DNA of 60,988 nucleotides, filler included. It is 10 parts of 10 records of this genome, joined end to end, with 100 filler letters (N's around TTAATTAATTAA, not from the genome) between each part and the next. Parts side by side here need not be neighbours in the genome. Positions count along the whole stretch, not along the records: positions 48,980 to 54,339 come from SRR31147125_65270; positions 54,440 to 60,988 come from SRR31147125_65278; 8 more parts are not named here. One strand, written 5' to 3'. The position numbers and the translations under genes are program-made. A model generated the notes under the pieces. It was not told the origin of the DNA and ran no database searches. It saw nothing but the letters and a program-made list of their open reading frames with translations. Positions 52,717 to 60,988 of the stretch are shown in pieces (position 1 is the first letter of the stretch; every line of letters starts with the position of its first letter).

Positions 52717-53373
52717 TTAAATATTTAATAGATCAACAATTGTCTTTTCTGCTTTATCAGAGTCCCTTTCAAGGATCGCATCGAACAGTTCCCTGTGCAG
52801 GTCATCCACCTTATCCCCTTCCAGGTTGTGGAACGCCACCTTGTGCTGTATGGACCGGCCGATAAACTCGGAGACATATTTGTACAGGTCATAAAAGATG
52901 CCGTTGTGAGATGCCCGGGCAACGGCCGTATGAAACGCAATATCCGCCTCCGTATCCTCTTTGACGGTCCGTTCTACCGCATTTCTCTTTTCCAGCGCAT
53001 CCCGGATACTCTCAAGATCCGCATCGGTCCGCCTCTCAGCCGCCAGCCTAACGATATCCTTTTCCAGGCAGAGCCTGACTTCATGCACTTCATCCATATC
53101 CGAATCGCTCAGCCTCCGGATCATATTCGCCTCGAAAGGCCCGGATGCCCGGACATAGGTTCCGTCTCCCTGGCGGGCCTCCAGAACGCCCGCGTGAATC
53201 AGAGACTGGACCGCCTCCCTTATCGTATTGCGGCTCACACCGAACTCTTTCACCATCTCCGGCTCGGAGGGGATTTTGCTCCCCACCTCCCAGCTGCCGT
53301 TTTTAATACCCTTTTCAATTTCATCTGCAATCTGCTTCGGCAGTGACAGTCTGACCGGTTTTGTGATCCCCAC
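52717..53373 (-). CDS. FadR/GntR-family transcriptional regulator
   Basis: GGAGG then GTG53373; IPSE.E....GVSRNTIREA, RQGDGTYV and an FCD domain. Confidence 0.92.
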   Translation of the reverse strand: MGITKPVRLSLPKQIADEIEKGIKNGSWEVGSKIPSEPEMVKEFGVSRNTIREAVQSLIHAGVLEARQGDGTYVRASGPFEANMIRRLSDSDMDEVHEVRLCLEKDIVRLAAERRTDADLESIRDALEKRNAVERTVKEDTEADIAFHTAVARASHNGIFYDLYKYVSEFIGRSIQHKVAFHNLEGDKVDDLHRELFDAILERDSDKAEKTIVDLLNI

Positions 53374-53447
53374 AGGTAAACCTCCAATCATTGGACAACT
53401 AAATTATGCAAAACCCGCTGATCTGTCAACATGCCTGGAAAAATAAA

Positions 53448-53469
53448 AGCCCTCCGCAAGGAGGACTTC
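53448..53469 (-). terminator. Hairpin/terminator after the methyltransferase
   Basis: AAG(C)CCTCC-GCAA-GGAGG(A)CTT, with a U-tract on the - strand. Confidence 0.5.
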
Positions 53470-53502
53470 AGTATTCAGGACATTATTACAGGAATCGAAA
53501 AC

Positions 53503-54339
53503 TCAATCCGCCTTCCGCCACCGGGCGGCTATCCCGTTGGGAAGATCATTCCCCACAGAGGAAGGAATCACCAGATCCAGGGTCTCAACATCCCTTTTCT
53601 CAACCCCGTCAAACCGGTATAACTGATCCACCAGCATTTCGGAACTGATCTCCGGATCATGGCAGGAAATGAGGAAAAACCGGGGATCCTCCCGGAAAAG
53701 CTCCCGGCTCAGATCCATCAGGCGGTGGAGATCCCTCTTGAGAACCCAGGTCTTCCCCCCGCGGCCCGGCCGAAGGCGGGAGGATCAGGATGATCCCCTG
53801 ATACTGCCGGCCCCGCTTGATCTCCCTCTCCATGAAACGAATGATATCCTCCACTATAAAGCGGACGGTCTGATCCTCCAAAGACGAGATCTCAACATTC
53901 CGCCTGGCCCAGTTTACAGCGCTTTTGGACGCATCCAGATGACAAACATCGGCCCCCGGCCCCTTTTCCCGCCCCGGCTGGCGAAGAGGGTCGATCCCCC
54001 GGTGTAGGCAAAGCCGTTCAGAACCTTCAGAGGGGAAGAGGACTCCCCGGTCTGCCTCTGTATCCACCGCCAGTTGTCCCTCTGCTCCGGGTAGATACCG
54101 ACCTGCCCGTTGGGGGAGAAACGCAGCTCCATCCGGATCTCATCCAGCAGGAAGGGAAACGACTCGGGAAGCTCCCGGCGGAAATCCCAGCGGGAATCAG
54201 AATCCCCTCTCTCGAAACGGGCATCCGCCCTGTCCCACTCGGACTGCGGGAGAGCCGGAGCGAACAAAGCCTGGGGAGCAGGCCTGTCGACAAGGATATC
54301 TCCGAAACGTTCCAGACGCCTCTCATTACCGCAATCCAG
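53503..54339 (-). CDS. Class I SAM-dependent methyltransferase (RlmI/RlmK-like), 5' truncated, with three 1-nt frameshifts
   Basis: LDCGNERRLERFG..RPAPQA, GIYPEQ..NW, LNGFAYTGG, HLDASK, GIIL/DPPAFGR and KTW... Motifs are spread over shifting frames (about 53960, 53786 and 53755-60). Confidence 0.8.
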
Positions 54340-54569
54340 NNNNNNNNNNNNNNNNNNNNNNNNNNNNNNNNNNNNNNNNNNNNTTAATTAATTAANNNNN
54401 NNNNNNNNNNNNNNNNNNNNNNNNNNNNNNNNNNNNNNNGTTCGAGGGTTTTCATGCTTTGTTGTGTCAAGCGAGCCTGACATGGCCGGTATATAAAATC
54501 CATTCCTTGGCGTTCATTTTTTATCATGAAATGCCCTTCAGTCACGACTATTACTTGGAGGAAGTAATA

Positions 54570-55739
54570 ATGAACAAACGAAATTATGTTTTGCTTTTCC
54601 AATTGTTATTTTTTCTCATGCTTAACATATCAACTGTCAATGCATTTGATAACAAAGCCTTCAGCACTCAACCTCAAAAAAATCAGGAAAGAAAATGGCG
54701 AATCGGATATTACGAAGGTGGCGACTACATCAACTATCGTAAATACCTTTATGCAATGAGTAAAGGACTTATCGACTTTGGATGGTTGGAGCCGCTACCT
54801 GAATTACAAACTCCCAATAACACACTTAACACAAGTCAATTATGGAACTATCTTTGCAAGAACGTAAAAAGTGATTACATTGAATTTGTCAAAGATGGAT
54901 ACTATTCAGCAGAATGGGATGACAATTTACGACAAAAACGCTCTGAGGAAATCATCAATAGGCTTTCGAATGTCAAAGATATTGATTTAATGCTGGCTAT
55001 GGGAACTTGGGCAGGTAAGGATCTTGCCAATGATCGACATCGTACGAACACCATGGTCATCTCCACCAGTGACCCGATAGGCTCCGGTATCATTAAAAGC
55101 GTCGAAGATTCGGGTTTGGATCATCTCCATGCCCGGGTTGATCCCTATCGCTATGAAAGACAACTGCAAATTTTCCACGACACGATCGGGTTCAAAAAAC
55201 TGGGCGTCGCTTATGATAATTCCGTTGTCGGTAGAAGCTATGCAGCGATAGATATGATCGAAAAAGTTGCCAAAGAACGGGGATTTGAGATTGTAGAGTG
55301 TTACACACTGGGTGATATTGCGGACGAGACAAAAGCAGGAGAAAGTGTGGTCAACTGTTTTAAACAGATGGCATCACAGGTTGATGCTATTTATGTCACT
55401 GTTCAAAGTGGCGTGAACACCCGATCCATTCCACTTCTTGTTCAAATTGCAAACAATCACAAAATTCCGACATTTTCTCAATTCGGCTCAAAAGAAGTTC
55501 AATATGGATTTTTGATGAGTATTTCCCGTGCCGGAGAATTCAAGCCTGAAGGAAGATTTCTCGCTGCAACTGCCGCTCAAATTTTCAATGGAGCCAACCC
55601 GAGGCAACTCAACCAAATTTTTGAAGAATCACCGGATATCGCGATTAACCTGAAGACTGCCGAACTGATCGGGTTTTATTTACATGCAGACCTTCTGGCG
55701 GCAGCGGATGAAATCTTCAGAGAAATCATCAAGCCGTAA
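54570..55739 (+). CDS. ABC-type periplasmic substrate-binding protein (ABC_sub_bind family)
   Basis: GGAGG RBS, signal peptide, WRIGYYEGG, MGTWAG, SDPIGSGII and IAINLKTA motifs. Confidence 0.85.
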   Translation: MNKRNYVLLFQLLFFLMLNISTVNAFDNKAFSTQPQKNQERKWRIGYYEGGDYINYRKYLYAMSKGLIDFGWLEPLPELQTPNNTLNTSQLWNYLCKNVKSDYIEFVKDGYYSAEWDDNLRQKRSEEIINRLSNVKDIDLMLAMGTWAGKDLANDRHRTNTMVISTSDPIGSGIIKSVEDSGLDHLHARVDPYRYERQLQIFHDTIGFKKLGVAYDNSVVGRSYAAIDMIEKVAKERGFEIVECYTLGDIADETKAGESVVNCFKQMASQVDAIYVTVQSGVNTRSIPLLVQIANNHKIPTFSQFGSKEVQYGFLMSISRAGEFKPEGRFLAATAAQIFNGANPRQLNQIFEESPDIAINLKTAELIGFYLHADLLAAADEIFREIIKP

Positions 55740-55816
55740 AAATTGAACCTCGGAGTATCCGTTTCGCGTAGCACACTTTGGAGACAACAATAAGGATTGT
55801 TATAAGCGACACAACT

Positions 55817-57289
55817 ATGAATGATACATCTAACAAAAACTTAAAGTTCTCTCCATTTGATAAAGACAGCGGGTTTTACATTTTCGAAATCTTCGACATT
55901 CTGTTGCATCACCAGATCAAACTGTTTGAGCGTGACGGCGTCAGTTTTTCTCTTGCCGCCATTCGTCTTTGTTTGGATCAATCCCTCACCCCCCTGGTTT
56001 CGGAGATTGGTGAACACAAAGTCATTCAAAAAGCGGCCCGTGCGATTTTCAGCAATATTCGCCAAGTAGATTTCGGTGCTCGATACTCCCATGATATGTT
56101 TTTTCTCTCCTTTGTCAATTCGGATCGGGAGGAGGCGTTCAACATAATCCGTCGGATACTTAAACAGATCGGAGAGTTATTTGAAAACACCCTATCGATT
56201 GATATCGGCATATCGACCTGTCCCGAAAATGGAACGACCAAAGATCTCTTGATTCAACGGACACTTGACGCTCTCTGCCCATTCGGACCGGAAGAGAACA
56301 AGAAGCACTTAGTTGATCCATCGGCAAACAGCATAACACGCAATAATCGGCCACGGATACTGATAGTGGATGATTTGCCGATGAATATCAAACTCATTGA
56401 AGGCATGTTGAGACCCTACAACTATGACATTGTTAAAGCCTTGAATGGTAAAGATGCCATTGACCTCATACACACATCCGATATTGACCTTGTTCTTCTT
56501 GACGTCATGATGCCGGAGATGGATGGATATGAAGTATGTCGTCATATCAAAGAGCGCAATTCAACTCGTATGATTCCGGTCATTATGGTCACCGCCCTTG
56601 ATGATCAAGACTCCAGGATAAAAAGCATTGAGGCCGGGGCGGATGATTTTATATCCAAACCTCCCAACAAAAATGAACTTGTCGCCCGCTCCAAGTCGTT
56701 GATCAAAGTGAGAACACTATTTAAGGACTTCACCAATATCAAAAGCGTATTGTTTTCTCTTGCCAGAGCCATTGAAGCCAAAAATCGATATACGGAAGGT
56801 CATACGAGTCGGGTGTCCGGTTTATGTTTGGCCATTGGATCACGCATGAAGTTGGAGCCGGAAATCATTGAAGCACTTCGTTTTGGAGGAGGCTTGCACG
56901 ATATCGGTAAGATTGGAATTCCAAACCATATTCTTAATAAAAAAGGCCCCCTGGATGACTTGGAGTTTGAACGGGTGAAATCCCATTCGGAAATCGGCTT
57001 CAATATATGCTATCCACTGAGAAAACGTCTGGGATTGGCAATGGACGTTATCCGTCACCACCATGAGAAACTTGACGGTTCAGGCTATCCCGATGGTTTG
57101 GTAGGAGATGAAATATCAATGGCGGCACGGATCATCGCTGCAGCGGATATCTACGATGCGCTTGTAACCGACCGTCCCTACCGAAAAAAGATGTCACCTA
57201 AAGCGGCGGCCGATATACTTAGGGACGAAGTCAAAAAAAACAAGCTGGATAAAGAGGTCGTTAATGAATTATTATATATCATTGGGTGA
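55817..57289 (+). CDS. Degenerate GGDEF + REC + HD-GYP phosphodiesterase
   Basis: RQVD...RYSHDMF (degenerate GGDEF), ILIVDD/LLDVMMP, LHDIGK and HHEKLDGSGYPDG. Start is ATG55817 or TTG55778. Confidence 0.88.
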   Translation: MNDTSNKNLKFSPFDKDSGFYIFEIFDILLHHQIKLFERDGVSFSLAAIRLCLDQSLTPLVSEIGEHKVIQKAARAIFSNIRQVDFGARYSHDMFFLSFVNSDREEAFNIIRRILKQIGELFENTLSIDIGISTCPENGTTKDLLIQRTLDALCPFGPEENKKHLVDPSANSITRNNRPRILIVDDLPMNIKLIEGMLRPYNYDIVKALNGKDAIDLIHTSDIDLVLLDVMMPEMDGYEVCRHIKERNSTRMIPVIMVTALDDQDSRIKSIEAGADDFISKPPNKNELVARSKSLIKVRTLFKDFTNIKSVLFSLARAIEAKNRYTEGHTSRVSGLCLAIGSRMKLEPEIIEALRFGGGLHDIGKIGIPNHILNKKGPLDDLEFERVKSHSEIGFNICYPLRKRLGLAMDVIRHHHEKLDGSGYPDGLVGDEISMAARIIAAADIYDALVTDRPYRKKMSPKAAADILRDEVKKNKLDKEVVNELLYIIG

Positions 57290-57381
57290 AGAGACATGAA
57301 CCGCAGTTGCCGTTCTTTCCCATCCAATGGTTCCAAGTTGCAAACCGCACCGTCTGCATGAAAATTTAAGGAGATCTTTTA

Positions 57382-59238
57382 ATGGACGGGAAACATATAT
57401 TGGTTGTCGAAGACAATCAACTGAACATGAAGCTTGTAAAAGCCATTCTAACGTTCAATAAATTCAAGGTGATTGAGGCGAATAATGCAGAAAAAGGTAT
57501 TGAGGCCGCAAGAAAATTCAAACCGGATTTGATCTTCATGGATATCCAGTTACCGGGAATGGATGGACTGACCGCCACTCGTACGCTAAAATCAGATTCG
57601 GAACTCAGCGCCATACCCGTTATCGCGCTGACATCTTACGCCATGGAGGGGGACAAACAAAAAGCCTTGGATGCAGGATGTGCTGGATACATTACAAAAC
57701 CCATCAGTCCCAAGACGTTCATATCGAAATTTCAAACGATTCTCAGTAGTGAGCAGGAATCCATTGAAACAAGAGACAAAGACAAGATTGATTTATTAAA
57801 ACAAGATGGGAACAACAAAAAACCTTCGACCTATCCACGAATTTTGATTGTCGATGATGATCCGATGAATGTCAAGATCTTGAAGGGAAAACTTTCCAGC
57901 CAAAAATATGATATTTATGGCGCCTATGGCGGACAAGAGTGTTTAAATATGGTTGAAGAGCTCTTACCGGATCTCATTTTGCTTGACATAATGATGCCCG
58001 AAATAAACGGCTACGAAGTGACCACCAGAATCAAATCAAATCCATCTACAAGCCATATTTGCATTATACTTGTAACGGCGTTGGACGGTTCGGAGGACCG
58101 TGATCGAGGACTATCATCAGGGGCGGACGAGTTTCTTACCAAACCAACAAATACCGTTGAGTTAATCGCACGTGTAAATTCAATGTTGCGGCTTAAGAAA
58201 TATCATGAACAGTTATCTCTGCGAACCCAGGCGGAAAAGAAATTTGTAGATGATAAAAGTAAATTGCCAAGCTCTTTGACCGGCCAGAAACGCCTCCCCC
58301 TTGTTTTGGCAGTAGACGACAATGAAAAAGATCTGAAACTGATCCAAAGCTATGTCGACGATCAGCCCTATCGCATTACCACTGCAACCAGTGGTGAGAT
58401 GGCTCTTGAGATCGTGGCAAACGAAAAAATCGATGTTATCTTGCTTGATGTCATCCTGCCCGGGATCGATGGATTTAACGTTTGTCAAAAAATCAAATCA
58501 GATGAGAAAACGCGTAATATCCAAGTCGTCATGCTCACCAGTTTAAGGGACATGGACAGCAAAATTTTGGGATTGGAACTGGGTGTGGACGATTTTGTAG
58601 TGAAACCCATCAACAAACGTGAAATCCAAGCTCGCATCATCGCTTTGCTGAGAAAAAAAGGCTACTTGGACCAATTATGCACCCACTATGAGATGGCGCT
58701 TAGCTCTGCGATCATGGATGATTTAACAGGACTGTACAACCGCGCCTATTTTGTCAATTCTCTTGAACTGGAGATCAAGCGATCAAACCGGCAGCACTAT
58801 CCAATTTCTTTCGCCATTATGGATATTGATGATTTCAAGCTTTACAATGACCAAATTGGTCACTTGGACGGAGACATGCTCCTTCGTGAAATTTCCCAGG
58901 TCATTCGCCTGTCTGTAAGAGAGATTGATGTGGCCGTCCGGTATGGGGGAGAAGAGTTTGCCTTGATTATGCCGTATACCAACCTGAAAGATGCCGTTAT
59001 GGTCGTTGAAAAGGTGTTGGACAAAATTCGAAAATATCCTTACGCCAATGAAAAAGTCAATATCGTTAAACCGGTATCGATGAGTGCGGGAATCTCAATT
59101 TATCCTGAAGATGGTCAGTCGTTGACAGCGCTGATCTCGAAAGCCGATCAAATGCTGTACAAAGCCAAGAACAATGGTAAAGATCAGGTTTGCTACGATG
59201 GCTCCAATATTAAAAAGGCCCACATTACACTCTCTTAA
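57382..59238 (+). CDS. Triple-REC diguanylate cyclase (DivK-like REC fused to a PleD-like protein)
   Basis: Three REC domains with phospho-Asp (FMDIQLP, LLDIMMP, LLDVILP); DDLTGLYNR, DIDDFK and REID...RYGGEEF. Confidence 0.92.
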   Translation: MDGKHILVVEDNQLNMKLVKAILTFNKFKVIEANNAEKGIEAARKFKPDLIFMDIQLPGMDGLTATRTLKSDSELSAIPVIALTSYAMEGDKQKALDAGCAGYITKPISPKTFISKFQTILSSEQESIETRDKDKIDLLKQDGNNKKPSTYPRILIVDDDPMNVKILKGKLSSQKYDIYGAYGGQECLNMVEELLPDLILLDIMMPEINGYEVTTRIKSNPSTSHICIILVTALDGSEDRDRGLSSGADEFLTKPTNTVELIARVNSMLRLKKYHEQLSLRTQAEKKFVDDKSKLPSSLTGQKRLPLVLAVDDNEKDLKLIQSYVDDQPYRITTATSGEMALEIVANEKIDVILLDVILPGIDGFNVCQKIKSDEKTRNIQVVMLTSLRDMDSKILGLELGVDDFVVKPINKREIQARIIALLRKKGYLDQLCTHYEMALSSAIMDDLTGLYNRAYFVNSLELEIKRSNRQHYPISFAIMDIDDFKLYNDQIGHLDGDMLLREISQVIRLSVREIDVAVRYGGEEFALIMPYTNLKDAVMVVEKVLDKIRKYPYANEKVNIVKPVSMSAGISIYPEDGQSLTALISKADQMLYKAKNNGKDQVCYDGSNIKKAHITLS

Positions 59239-59366
59239 CCCCACAGTGTCACGTATGGGATTCACCCCCTCTCTTTGATGGATGCTATTGGCAAATCCTA
59301 CCCCAATATTTCGAGGGAATTTACAATAGCATCTCACATCATATCGAGCTGTGGTTTCAAGTCACA

Positions 59367-59954
59367 CTATACTTCTTGGACAAACAATATACTCTTTTTC
59401 CAATCCTGAGCTTCCTGCTGGAATGATTTGAGAAAACAACGTCCGGCCTTGTTCCGAACGTCGTAAATACTGTGTCGCAACAGGGTAACGGGGAGGCCTC
59501 CCTTCAATCCGACGGTAATATCGTACATGGTGAAGTCCAGCACCAGCCCCCGGATCAGATCTCCCTCCAACAGAGTGAAAAAAATCACTTCCCGTTCCTT
59601 CATCAGGGGGTAGAGCGTCTTGTTCTTGATAAAATGACGATCGCACAATTTGGGGATGGGATCGAGTTTGAGTTTTTCCACCTTTTTATCTTTTTTCTTG
59701 ATCAAAGGAAGAATCTTTTCCTGCATCTCTGCCGGATAGAGGTATTTGATGGATATTTTATCGACGACCTGCTCCCCTTCACCCTCAATATCAAGGGTGA
59801 CCTCGTAGACGCCGTTTTCAACAACGCGGGCGAAATAACTCTTTTTGCCATGAGCATGAAACGCCCAACGTTCGCCGGAGGCTTTTGCCGTATTAAAAAC
59901 CGATTGCTTTAAATGTTCTTTTCTATATTCTGAAAATCCGTCCAAATATTCCAT
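59367..59954 (-). CDS. Hypothetical protein with two Hfq/Sm-like domains
   Basis: AGGAGG RBS before ATG59954. Residues about 109-167 align by eye to Hfq Sm1/Sm2; residues about 15-74 are a divergent second copy. Confidence 0.65.
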   Translation of the reverse strand: MEYLDGFSEYRKEHLKQSVFNTAKASGERWAFHAHGKKSYFARVVENGVYEVTLDIEGEGEQVVDKISIKYLYPAEMQEKILPLIKKKDKKVEKLKLDPIPKLCDRHFIKNKTLYPLMKEREVIFFTLLEGDLIRGLVLDFTMYDITVGLKGGLPVTLLRHSIYDVRNKAGRCFLKSFQQEAQDWKKSILFVQEV

Positions 59955-60226
59955 CTTGTTCCTCCTGACTGATGCATTATACAAAGAATAGGTTGTATCT
60001 CCTGATTGGAACTCCTATCAAAGATTGAAAGATTTGTAAACCTGTGGGCATCCTTAAATATGTTTTTAAAATGAGGTCACACTTTTAATAAAACACGCCC
60101 TGAAAACCGGGTAGATCATTCCTGCAAGGATAAACCGGGAAATGAAGCATGCCAGCCTGTGCCATTGAAACAGATCCTCTTTGAAGAGAGTCCCCACCAA
60201 ACAATCAATCCTCAATCCCCTTGGTA

Positions 60227-60988
60227 TTATCCGGCTTGCTTTCCAAAGGGGATACCGAGCTTCTTCATCCGTTTTCGCAGTGTGGACGGATTGATGTTCA
60301 ATATCTTTGCCGCCCCTTTATCCCCTTCGACCCGACCGTTGCAGTAGGAAAGCACCTGCCGGATATGCCCGGACATCACCGCGTCGAGAGATGCGTGGAA
60401 CGGTTCATCCGTCTCTTCGTCAACGCCGTCGAGGAGACACTCTCCAGTGTCGGCACCGTCCAATCCCCCGATCTCTTTGAAATAGAGATAACGACCATGA
60501 TCCAATATCAAGGATCGCTCCACGGCATTTTCCAGCTCCCGGATGTTCCCCGGCCAGTGATACGCCAGAAGACGCGTCGTGGCCTCAGGCGCAGGGATGG
60601 GCATCTTCACCCGTTTCATTTCAGAACACTTTTTCAAAATGAAATGACGCACCAGCTCCGGGATATCCCCTCTGCGCTCCCTGAGGGGAGGAATGGCAAT
60701 GGGAAACACCCGGAGTCGAAAAAAAGATCGGCTCTGAAGGTCTGCCGGGCCATCATCTTCTGAAGATTACGGTGGGTGGCCGCGATGACGCGGATATCGA
60801 TTCGTACAGTGTCGCTCCCCCCCACCCGTTCGATCTCCTTTTCCTGAAGCACCCGCAGCAGTCTTACCTGGGCTTCCAGTGACAACTCTCCGATTTCATC
60901 CAGAAAAAGCGTTCCCCCCTGGGCGCGTTCAATACGCCCCCGTTTCCGACTGAGAGCGCCGGTAAAGGCCCCTTTTTCATACCCAAAG
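60227..60988 (-). CDS. Sigma54-dependent Fis-family activator (5' truncated; 1-nt frameshift at the A7 run 60719-60725)
   Basis: [45 protein letters not shown] and a C-terminal HTH. Confidence 0.9.

Noticed and set aside
6114-54439. Regularly recurring TTAATTAATTAA motif, and ORFs running into X...LIN
   Set aside because: Artificial linkers between contigs. They are not biological repeats or a CRISPR array, and cross-linker gene neighbourhoods are meaningless.
1-60988. CRISPR arrays, rRNA, canonical tRNAs, retron or DGR signatures
   Set aside because: No repeat-spacer arrays, reverse transcriptase, cas genes or canonical RNA genes were recognised by eye.

Overview
This window is not one locus. 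It is 10 unrelated contig fragments of about 5-7 kb, joined by nine 100-nt N/TTAATTAATTAA linkers, so neighbourhood arguments hold only within a fragment. Taxonomic labels are impressions only. (1) 1-6113, clostridial-like: lysA-proB-proA, a stand-alone small-peptide transcription unit, an HD protein and an SLH protein. (2) 6214-11319, planctomycete-like: a GLUG/8xPASTA/dockerin-like surface protein and ilvB-ilvH. (3) 11420-18512: a phytase/alkaline-phosphatase-like secreted enzyme and an RND efflux operon. (4) 18613-24244, FCB-like: a type IV filament locus with atypical near-leaderless pilins. (5) 24345-30179: YgiQ radical SAM, a FIST remnant, efp-epmA, a phosphoesterase, HIT and mutS. (6) 30280-35592: DUF1329, an amine/DAP-dehydrogenase-like gene, an AveC-like gene and a dead RAYT-type transposase. 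(7) 35693-41677: tailed phage with a non-coding tRNA-like unit, BRO, terS, terL and portal. (8) 41778-48879: an RND operon ending in a K+-channel gene. (9) 48980-54339: gltS, CynX MFS, FadR and a frameshifted methyltransferase. (10) 54440-60988: a c-di-GMP module, a tandem Hfq/Sm-like hypothetical protein and a sigma54 activator. The best novelty candidates are the tandem Hfq-like protein, the MG|QQQLL pilin system, the phage structured RNA upstream of the antirepressor, and the promoter-leader-34-aa-peptide-terminator unit. Several 1-nt frameshifts look like sequencing errors. All family calls are by-eye motif recognition; no searches were run.
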